Notes under the pieces: model-generated
Told to the model about the DNA's origin: nothing
Databases searched by the model: none
The model's input: the letters and a program-made list of their open reading frames with translations, nothing else
DNA from: Patescibacteria group bacterium
Lineage (GTDB): Bacteria > Patescibacteriota > Patescibacteriia > UBA2591 > UBA6264
DNA: 64,000 nucleotides
Assembly: GCA_021735685.1 (NCBI GenBank)
Contig: JAIPGN010000001.1
Coordinates: forward strand, 111,669 to 175,668
Reading direction: 5' to 3'
In this document: piece after piece, positions 57,186 through 64,000 of the stretch
Layout of the letters: every line of letters begins with the position of its first letter
Position numbering within the stretch: the first letter of the stretch is position 1
Program-made: the position numbers and the translations under genes

Positions 57186-59027
57186 ATGTGTGGTATTATT
57201 GGTTATCTTGGTCCGGGCGATGGTATTAGTTTAAGCCTGAGAGGGCTAGAGCGCTTGGAATATCGAGGTTATGATTCTGCCGGTTTAGCTGCTTGGCAAA
57301 AGGGGAAGATTGTTTGTCAAAAAACAAAAGGTCAGGTTAAGATTCTACGTCAAAAAATTCTTTCTTTACCGGAAAGCAAAAGCCATTTGGTTATTGCCCA
57401 TAATCGCTGGGCTACCCATGGAGAGCCCAGTAAAATTAATGCTCATCCTCAAAGTGATTGTTCGCGAAAAATATTTTTAGTCCACAATGGGGTGATTGAA
57501 AATTATCAATCTTTGAAAAAGTGGTTAAAGGAAAGGGGCCACTCTTTTTTTTCCCAAACTGATACTGAAGTAATTGCTCATTTAATTGAAGAAAATTATC
57601 AAGGAAATTTATTAGAAGCAGTTCAAAAAACTCTTCCTTTGTTATCGGGAGCATATGGCTTAGCTGTAATTTCAGAATCAGAGCCAGAGCGATTGGTAGT
57701 AGCTAAGAAGGGGAGTCCCTTAGTGATTGGCGTTTGCCAAAAGGGAGAATATATTGTAGCTTCTGATCCAGTGGCTATTATTGAGCACACGCGGAAGATA
57801 ATTTATCTTGACGATGAAGAAATTGGAGTTTTAAGCCCTCAAGGGGTAAGAATTACTAATTCTTCTAACTCTCTAGTTAAAAAAGAAGCTCAAAGCGTTG
57901 AATGGGATTTAGCTAAGATTGAAAAAGAGGGTTTCCCTCATTTTATGCTTAAGGAAATTTTTAAACAACCGGAAACCATTAAGAATGCTCTGCGCGGGAG
58001 GGTGAATAAAAAACAAGGAAAGGTTAAATTAGGTGGACTTAAAGATTGGCTTAGCTTTATTGCTAATTGTCCGCGAGCAGTTTTTTTAGCCTGCGGTACT
58101 TCTTGGCACGCTGGCTTAATTGGTAAATACTATTTTGAGAATTTAGTAGGCTTACCAGCTAATGCTGAGTATGCTTCTGAATTCAGATATTCTCAACAAC
58201 CCATTGATCCGCAAGTTGCTTATTTTGTTATCAGTCAGTCGGGAGAGACTGCTGACACTTTAGCTTCTTTGCGCAAAATTAAAAAGCACGGAGGTCATGT
58301 TTTCGGCCTAATTAATGTAGTGGGTTCTACTATTGCCCGGGAAGCTGATGCCGGTGTTTACATTCATGCCGGGCCAGAGATAGGAGTAGCCTCAACTAAA
58401 GCCTTTACTTCTCAGGTTACCTTGCTTTCAATTTTAGCCCTATCTTTGGTTCAGGAGAAAAAACTCTGGCCTTTATCTGAAATGAAGAAATCTTTAATAG
58501 CCTTAGAACAAATTCCTCAACAAGTAGAAGAAGTGTTGAAAAATGCTAAGAGAATTAAATCTTTGGCTAAAAAATATTATCAATTTCAAAATGCTTTGTA
58601 TTTGGGAAGAGAATATAATTTTCCGGTTGCTCTAGAGGGAGCCTTAAAGTTAAAAGAGATTTCTTATATTCACGCCGAAGGTTATCCTGCTGCGGAAATT
58701 AAGCACGGGCCAATCGCTCTTATTGATCAAAATATGCCGACCTTTGTGGTGGCTACTAATCCTGATGATTTGGTTTATCAAAAAGTAATTACTAACATAG
58801 AGGAAATTAAAGCTCGGGGAGGTAATATTTTGGCTGTTGCCAATTCGGGCGATAAGGTTATTGAAAATTTAGCTAATCAAGTTATTTTAGTTCCTCAAAC
58901 TCTTGATTTTTTGTCGCCGATTATTAATATTATTCCTTGGCAACTTTGGTCCTATTACGTAGCTGTTCAGAGGGGTTGTGATGTGGATAAGCCCCGTAAT
59001 TTAGCTAAAAGCGTGACCGTAGAATAA
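57186..59027 (+). CDS. glmS: glutamine--fructose-6-phosphate aminotransferase (isomerising)
   Basis: 'MCGIIGY' N-terminal nucleophile Cys, plus two SIS domains. 613 aa. Confidence 0.9.
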   Translation: MCGIIGYLGPGDGISLSLRGLERLEYRGYDSAGLAAWQKGKIVCQKTKGQVKILRQKILSLPESKSHLVIAHNRWATHGEPSKINAHPQSDCSRKIFLVHNGVIENYQSLKKWLKERGHSFFSQTDTEVIAHLIEENYQGNLLEAVQKTLPLLSGAYGLAVISESEPERLVVAKKGSPLVIGVCQKGEYIVASDPVAIIEHTRKIIYLDDEEIGVLSPQGVRITNSSNSLVKKEAQSVEWDLAKIEKEGFPHFMLKEIFKQPETIKNALRGRVNKKQGKVKLGGLKDWLSFIANCPRAVFLACGTSWHAGLIGKYYFENLVGLPANAEYASEFRYSQQPIDPQVAYFVISQSGETADTLASLRKIKKHGGHVFGLINVVGSTIAREADAGVYIHAGPEIGVASTKAFTSQVTLLSILALSLVQEKKLWPLSEMKKSLIALEQIPQQVEEVLKNAKRIKSLAKKYYQFQNALYLGREYNFPVALEGALKLKEISYIHAEGYPAAEIKHGPIALIDQNMPTFVVATNPDDLVYQKVITNIEEIKARGGNILAVANSGDKVIENLANQVILVPQTLDFLSPIINIIPWQLWSYYVAVQRGCDVDKPRNLAKSVTVE

Positions 59028-59036
59028 AATTTAATT

Positions 59037-60506
59037 ATGTCGAGGTCAAAGAAATTTTTTTATTACCTTTTTTGCTTTGGGGGAGGTATTGGCGTCGCTT
59101 CTTTTTGGAAGATTTCTCTTTTTTATTTGGGAAGTTTTTTTATAATTTTATTTTTCTTATTTTTTCTTTTAAGGAAATATAATCTTGGGCCCATTTTTTT
59201 GAGCCTTATTTTTTTAGGGGGAGGAATTTTTTATTATCAATGGCGAGCTGAGGAAGTAGACCAGAATCATATTGCTTTTTTTGCAAACCAAGAGGTTGTT
59301 TTTCAAGGAAGAATAGAGAGGGCTAGAGATTCAACAGTAAGAGGAGAGGAGGTTGTATTGGGGGAGATAAAGATGATGGGAGAAGAGAAACAAGGGCGAG
59401 TCTTACTTAACCTTCCTTTGTATTCAGATTTTCAATATCAAGATTTAGTAGAAGTAAACTGTTTTTTGCAGGGACTTTCTAGTACAGAAGATTCTTATGC
59501 TCGTTATTTAAAAGGGAAAAGAATTTTTTCTTTTTGTTTTTGGCCTAAAGTTGAATTAAAGAGCCGGCCATCTTCGCCAAATTTTTATGGTCGAATTTTG
59601 GCTATTAGAAAGAAGGCACAGCATTTTATTTTAACTAAATTTTCTGAGCCGCAAGCCAGCTTTTTGGGGGCTATTCTCTTGGGAGTCAAAAAGAGAGTTT
59701 CTTCAAAGATTAGGAATTGGTTTAGTTTGACAGGAGCTTCTCATTTATTAGCTGTTTCCGGCTTGCATATTGCTATTTTAGTTCAGATGATTGGCTTTTT
59801 TTTAATTAATTTTCTGCGGATCAAAAGAACCAAAGTTTGGTTGCCAATAAGTTTGATTGTTCTTTTTTTTATTCTTTTGACCGGAGCAGCTCCAGCCACC
59901 ATTAGGGCGGGATTAATGGGGTTGTCTTTGTTTTGGGCTCAAAAAAACGAAAGGGGCTATAATTCTTTAAATTTTTTGTTTTTAATAGGAGTAATAATGC
60001 TTCTTTTTAATCCTAATTTTTTAGTTTTTAATATAGGTTTTCAATTGTCCTTTTTGGCGGTTTTGGGAATTGGGCTTTTTTATAATTTTTTTCAAGAATT
60101 ATTTAGGAAAATTCCTGATTATCGTTTTTTGGCTGGACGTACTTTTTTGAGCTTAACTTGCAGCGCTCAGATTTTAATTTTGCCCTTGGTTCTATATTAT
60201 TTTGGAACATTTTCTTTAATTGCTCCCTTGGTTAATGTTTTTTTACTTTTAGTCATGCCTAGTTTAATGCTTTTGGGTTTTTTGTTTCTTATTGGCAATT
60301 TTCTTAATTTTTACTTGGGTCAATTATTTTTTTATCCTCTTTGGCTATTAGCTACTTATGTGATTTTAATAGTCAAAGTTAGTGCTAAAATTCCTTATTC
60401 TTCTTTTATAATCAGTAGTTTTTCAAGGATGGGAGTTTTTCTCTCTTATTTGTTCTTATTTTTATTTTATTTTTATTTACGCTCCTTCTCTTTTTTTGAA
60501 AAATGA
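59037..60506 (+). CDS. comEC: ComEC/Rec2 DNA-uptake channel, N-terminal DUF4131 plus Competence domain (separate ORF)
   Basis: 'LTGASHLLAVSGLHIAIL' is the competence-domain signature within a polytopic TM protein. It ends with an ATGA overlap to the next ORF. Confidence 0.75.
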   Translation: MSRSKKFFYYLFCFGGGIGVASFWKISLFYLGSFFIILFFLFFLLRKYNLGPIFLSLIFLGGGIFYYQWRAEEVDQNHIAFFANQEVVFQGRIERARDSTVRGEEVVLGEIKMMGEEKQGRVLLNLPLYSDFQYQDLVEVNCFLQGLSSTEDSYARYLKGKRIFSFCFWPKVELKSRPSSPNFYGRILAIRKKAQHFILTKFSEPQASFLGAILLGVKKRVSSKIRNWFSLTGASHLLAVSGLHIAILVQMIGFFLINFLRIKRTKVWLPISLIVLFFILLTGAAPATIRAGLMGLSLFWAQKNERGYNSLNFLFLIGVIMLLFNPNFLVFNIGFQLSFLAVLGIGLFYNFFQELFRKIPDYRFLAGRTFLSLTCSAQILILPLVLYYFGTFSLIAPLVNVFLLLVMPSLMLLGFLFLIGNFLNFYLGQLFFYPLWLLATYVILIVKVSAKIPYSSFIISSFSRMGVFLSYLFLFLFYFYLRSFSFFEK

Positions 60507-61390
60507 AAAAGAATCTAAATTTTAAAATTATAAATTCTTGGATTAGAATTTGCGGATTATTGCTTTTGGTATTTTTAATTATTGCCGGCTATTTTTATTT
60601 TTTTCTAACACCTCTGGAATCAGAGTTAAGAGTAATTTTTTTGGATATTGGTCAAGGAGATGCCATTTTAATTCAGACTAAAACAAAAAATATTTTAATT
60701 GACGGTGGGCCGGATCGAGAAATTATTTACAAGCTGGATCAATACATAGCTGCTCATCAAAGAAAAATAGATTTAATGATTCTTACTCATCCTGACGGAG
60801 ATCATTTGAATGGCTTGGTTGAGGTCTTGCGGCGTTGGCCAGTTGATAATTTTTTGGAAACAGGAATAAAGGGCTCCTCGCCTGCCTATCTTGATTTACA
60901 ACGATTGATCTCTGAACGAGATTTGCCAGTTTATTATTCTGTTAATTTAAAGAAAATAGTTTTGAGCCCAGACCTAGAAATGGAAATTCTTTGGCCCTTG
61001 AATTCGGGAAATAACTTGATTAAAGAAGACCCCAATTCTCTTTCTTTGGTTCTAAAATTAAGCCACCAAGATAACACTTTTCTTTTGACCGGAGATGCTG
61101 ATCATGAAGTCGAAGAAAAAATATTAGACATTTATCCTTGCCTAGAATCTTTAGTTCTTAAAGTAGGGCATCATGGCTCTAAATACTCTTCTGGTTTAAG
61201 TTTTTTGCAAAAAGTTAAGCCAACTTATGCCGTTATTTCCGTTGGGCAAGACAATAACTTTGGTCATCCTAGTTTAAGAGTTTTAGATAATTTGCAACAA
61301 GTTTCCGCTCAGGTCTTGCGTACAGATCAAAAAGGTGATATAATATTTGAAAGCAATGGACAAAATTTGAATTTAAAGACAGCAAGGTAG
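60503..61390 (+). CDS. ComEC-associated metallo-beta-lactamase-fold domain protein (C-terminal ComEC module as separate ORF)
   Basis: It has an N-terminal TM helix. MBL motifs 'LDIGQGDAILIQT', 'THPDGDHLNGL' (HxHxDH variant) and 'VGHHGSK' are present. Confidence 0.7.
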   Translation: MKKNLNFKIINSWIRICGLLLLVFLIIAGYFYFFLTPLESELRVIFLDIGQGDAILIQTKTKNILIDGGPDREIIYKLDQYIAAHQRKIDLMILTHPDGDHLNGLVEVLRRWPVDNFLETGIKGSSPAYLDLQRLISERDLPVYYSVNLKKIVLSPDLEMEILWPLNSGNNLIKEDPNSLSLVLKLSHQDNTFLLTGDADHEVEEKILDIYPCLESLVLKVGHHGSKYSSGLSFLQKVKPTYAVISVGQDNNFGHPSLRVLDNLQQVSAQVLRTDQKGDIIFESNGQNLNLKTAR

Positions 61391-61454
61391 AGATAGATTT
61401 TATTTTAAATTTACCTTAAATTTTTGAGGGTATTTTATTTTTAATTATTTTCTT

Positions 61455-61919
61455 ATGGAGAAAACGTTGATTTTGCTAAAACCAGATTCTTTGCAGAGAA
61501 ATTTATTGGGACAAATTATGTCTCGTTTCGAAAATAAGGGACTCAAGATTGTTGGTCTCAAGATGATGAAATTGAGTGATAGTTTGCTTTCTGAGCATTA
61601 TGCTCACCACCAAGATAAACCTTTTTTTAAAGATTTGGTTAATTTTATGGGCAGTGCCCCGGTAATTGCTATGGTTTTAGAGGGAGTTGAAGCAATTAGC
61701 ACGGTTCGCATTCTTTGTGGTCCTACTTCCGGAAGAAAGGCTGACGTGGGAAGTATCCGAGGAGATTTTTCCATGAGCGGACAACATAATATTATCCATG
61801 CCTCTGATTCTTTAGAAGCTGCTCAACAAGAAATTAAACGTTTTTTCCAAGATGATGAAATTTTTAACTACCAAAAGCTAGATCTTTCCGCTATTTATGC
61901 CCAAGAGGAATTAAGCTAG
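61455..61919 (+). CDS. ndk: nucleoside-diphosphate kinase
   Basis: 'TLILLKPDSLQRNLLGQIMSRFENKGLKIVGLKM' and the active-site 'NIIHASDS' are present. Confidence 0.9.
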   Translation: MEKTLILLKPDSLQRNLLGQIMSRFENKGLKIVGLKMMKLSDSLLSEHYAHHQDKPFFKDLVNFMGSAPVIAMVLEGVEAISTVRILCGPTSGRKADVGSIRGDFSMSGQHNIIHASDSLEAAQQEIKRFFQDDEIFNYQKLDLSAIYAQEELS

Positions 61920-61953
61920 AGCGTTTTTGGGATAAAATGTGGAAAAGTAAAGC

Positions 61954-61981
61954 TTGTCAAAAGATTATAATCAGATATAAT
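61954..61981 (+). promoter_or_regulatory. candidate sigma70-type promoter for tuf (TTGTCA - 16 nt - TATAAT)
   Basis: The -35-like TTGTCA at 61954-61959 and a perfect TATAAT at 61976-61981 lie about 90 nt upstream of the tuf start. This is a sequence match only. Confidence 0.3.
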
Positions 61982-62069
61982 AACTTTGGTTTAATATAAA
62001 ATAAATAAAAAAATAAACTAATTTCGTGGCTACCGCTTTAACGGAGCGCGAATTAATGAGGTAAATAAT

Positions 62070-63278
62070 ATGGCAGAAAAAGCGAAATTTGAAAGAGGTA
62101 AGACTCACGTTAATGTAGGAACCATTGGTCATGTTGATCATGGAAAAACTACTTTAACGGCGGCTATTTTAAAATGTCTAAAGGCGTCTGGAAAAACTAT
62201 TGATCGCGAAATGTCAGTTGATCAAATTGACGGAGCGCCCGAAGAAAAAGAAAGAGGAATTACTATTGCCTTGGCGCACGTAGAGTATGAGACTGATAAG
62301 CGTCACTATGCTCACATTGATTGTCCCGGGCATGCCGATTATATTAAAAATATGATCACAGGAGCCGCCCAGATGGACGGATCCATTTTAGTAATTTCCG
62401 CTACTGATGGGCCTATGCCCCAGACTCGAGAGCACATTCTTTTGTCTCGTCAGGTGGGAGTGCCGGCCATTGTTGTTTTCTTGAATAAAACTGATATGGT
62501 TGAAGACAAAGAATTAGTAGAGTTGGTCAAAGAAGAGGTGAAAGACTTGTTAAAGAAATATGAATATCCTGGCGACGAAATTCCAATCATTGAGGGGTCT
62601 GCTTTAAAGGCCTTAGAGTGTGGTTGTGGTAAAACTGATTGTCCTCATTGTGGACCAATTTTAAAATTAATTGAAGCTTTAGATGAATATATCCCAGAAC
62701 CCCAAAGAGACATAGAGCAACCTTTCTTAATGCCGGTAGAAGATATTTTTACTATTGAAGGAAGAGGAACTGTAGTTACTGGAAAGATTGATCGAGGAAA
62801 GGTGAAGTTAAATGATGAAGTAGAAATTGTTGGTTTAAAAGCAACTACTAAAACCGTAGTTACTGGAATTGAAATGTTTAGGAAATCCTTAGATGAAGGT
62901 TTGGCTGGGGACAATGCTGGTATTCTTTTAAGAGGAATTAAAAAGACTGATATAGAAAGAGGACAGGTCTTAGCTGCTCCGGGAACAGTAACTCCTCACA
63001 CGGAATTTGAAGGAAAAGTTTATATCCTTTCTAAGGAAGAAGGCGGAAGACACACCCCTTTCTTTAACGGTTACAAACCACAGTTTTATATTCGAACTAC
63101 TGATGTTACTGGTGAAGCTGATCTTCCCGAGGGAACAGAAATGGCAATGCCAGGCGATACTTTAAGCTTAAAAATTAAATTATCTAAGCCAATTGCCTTG
63201 GAAGAACAACAGAGGTTTGCTATTCGTGAAGGAAGTCGTACTGTCGGAGCAGGAGTAGTTACTAAAATTATTAAATAA
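62070..63278 (+). CDS. tuf: elongation factor Tu, with a Cys-rich insertion in domain I
   Basis: '[17 protein letters not shown]', 'DCPGHADY' and 'NKTD' G-motifs are present. '[22 protein letters not shown]' replaces the usual acidic '..EGDAEWEAKILEL..' segment. Confidence 0.95.
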   Translation: MAEKAKFERGKTHVNVGTIGHVDHGKTTLTAAILKCLKASGKTIDREMSVDQIDGAPEEKERGITIALAHVEYETDKRHYAHIDCPGHADYIKNMITGAAQMDGSILVISATDGPMPQTREHILLSRQVGVPAIVVFLNKTDMVEDKELVELVKEEVKDLLKKYEYPGDEIPIIEGSALKALECGCGKTDCPHCGPILKLIEALDEYIPEPQRDIEQPFLMPVEDIFTIEGRGTVVTGKIDRGKVKLNDEVEIVGLKATTKTVVTGIEMFRKSLDEGLAGDNAGILLRGIKKTDIERGQVLAAPGTVTPHTEFEGKVYILSKEEGGRHTPFFNGYKPQFYIRTTDVTGEADLPEGTEMAMPGDTLSLKIKLSKPIALEEQQRFAIREGSRTVGAGVVTKIIK

Positions 63279-63297
63279 GAAAAAAAAGAAGAAAGCT

Positions 63298-63318
63298 GCC
63301 CCAACTTTAAGTTGGGGC
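63298..63318 (+). terminator. strong hairpin between tuf and rpsJ (terminator/attenuator-like, weak T-run)
   Basis: GCCCCAACT-tta-AGTTGGGGC forms a 9-bp perfect stem, followed by TTGCTTAAATT. Confidence 0.4.
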
Positions 63319-63360
63319 TTGCTTAAATTAAGGCTATCATCTTTAGTCAGTTGAAAATTT

Positions 63361-63723
63361 ATGACCACCAAGAATCAAGGCCAAAAGAAAAAATCAGCTC
63401 AGCAAGATAAATCTGCGGATGCTCCTCGCATTCGGATTAAGGTTAGATCTTATGATCATCGAGTTATTGATCAAGCCTTAAAAGAAATTATTTCTGCAGT
63501 TAGTCGTTCTGACGCTAAAATAACCGGACCCATTTTTCTGCCCACTAGCAAGAAAAAATATACTGTTTTGCGGTCTTCTTTTGTTCATAGCCGTTCTCAA
63601 GATCAATTTGAAAAAAGAATCCACAACCGTTTGATTGATATTACTGATTTTAATCCCCAAACTTTAGAAGTTTTAAGGGGATTAAATTTACCGGCTGGAG
63701 TGGATGTGGAAATTAAAATGTAA
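63361..63723 (+). CDS. rpsJ: 30S ribosomal protein S10 with short K/Q-rich N-terminal extension
   Basis: 'RIRIKVRSYDHRVIDQALKEIISAV...TGPIFLPT...RLIDI' closely matches the S10 signature. Confidence 0.9.
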   Translation: MTTKNQGQKKKSAQQDKSADAPRIRIKVRSYDHRVIDQALKEIISAVSRSDAKITGPIFLPTSKKKYTVLRSSFVHSRSQDQFEKRIHNRLIDITDFNPQTLEVLRGLNLPAGVDVEIKM

Positions 63724-63936
63724 AAAATAATTAATGGTTTTTCTTTTTTTTTGATAACCACTAAATTTAATAAGTGAAGTGTCCAAGAAAATTAAAAGCC
63801 CCATAGAGAGAAAAAATTCTTTGAACTTAAACTAATCAGACCATAATAAATAAAAAGCCGGATTGATAACCGGTCTTCTCCAAAAGTCTGGTTTTCCGGA
63901 TTTTTTTATTCAAAGCTTTTTTAAATTAAGCCAATC

Positions 63937-64000
63937 ATGAAATTTATTTTAGGAAAAAAAATAGAAATGACGCAGATTTTTCAAGAAGAAAAAGTTGTTC
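63937..64000 (+). CDS. rplC: 50S ribosomal protein L3, N-terminal fragment (runs off the window)
   Basis: MKFILGKKIEMTQIFQEEKVV matches the L3 N-terminus (GxKxGMTxIF). It lies downstream of rpsJ, as in the S10 operon. Confidence 0.7.
   Translation, partial: MKFILGKKIEMTQIFQEEKVV

Overview
This is a low-GC, gene-dense bacterial chromosome segment. Several traits point to a Candidate Phyla Radiation (Patescibacteria)-type genome, though this is inference: aminoacyl-tRNA synthetases lacking accessory domains (short ProRS, ValRS and MetRS), a hinge-less short SMC, a ComEC gene split into two ORFs, a 23S-5S rRNA pair with no 16S nearby, class III ribonucleotide reductase NrdDG and a 2-oxoacid:ferredoxin oxidoreductase, which indicate an anaerobic lifestyle. 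The standard genetic code is in use: TGA serves as a stop codon and a full-length RF2 is present. Most of the window is translation and housekeeping core genes (rbfA, glyQS, frr, proS, valS, metG, prfB, tuf, rpsJ, rplC, rpmF, rpmG, tsaD and tsaE, mnmA, rsmI, iscS and nifU, pyrG, glmS, ndk, dnaJ, rnc, nusB, smc, two mreB copies, rseP, htrA). It also contains the likely replication origin, sitting between rpmF and dnaA and carrying tandem near-consensus DnaA boxes, and a tRNA cluster of two tRNA-Leu, tRNA-Thr and tRNA-Trp around an rpmG gene that the ORF track missed. The less ordinary content is as follows. (1) A RAYT/IS200-like HuH tyrosine transposase gene is flanked by inverted copies of a GGGGACWGTCCCC palindrome. 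A roughly 100-nt mosaic repeat carrying that palindrome occurs twice in the window (after glyQS and after the RAYT gene), with compensatory hairpin changes between the copies. (2) An ATP-cone plus Mrr-like PD-(D/E)xK nuclease fusion gene lies directly downstream of dnaA, where dnaN normally sits. (3) A DNA-repair and nucleotide-sanitation cluster follows the rRNA terminator: a PHP-domain EndoQ-like endonuclease with a zinc ribbon, a SAM methyltransferase, an SPL-like radical SAM enzyme, a Nudix hydrolase and a Pif1-like helicase. It is preceded by a pair of operator-like palindromes and interspersed with perfect hairpins. (4) The EF-Tu carries a Cys4 zinc-knuckle-like insertion. No CRISPR array, integrase or phage structural gene was seen.
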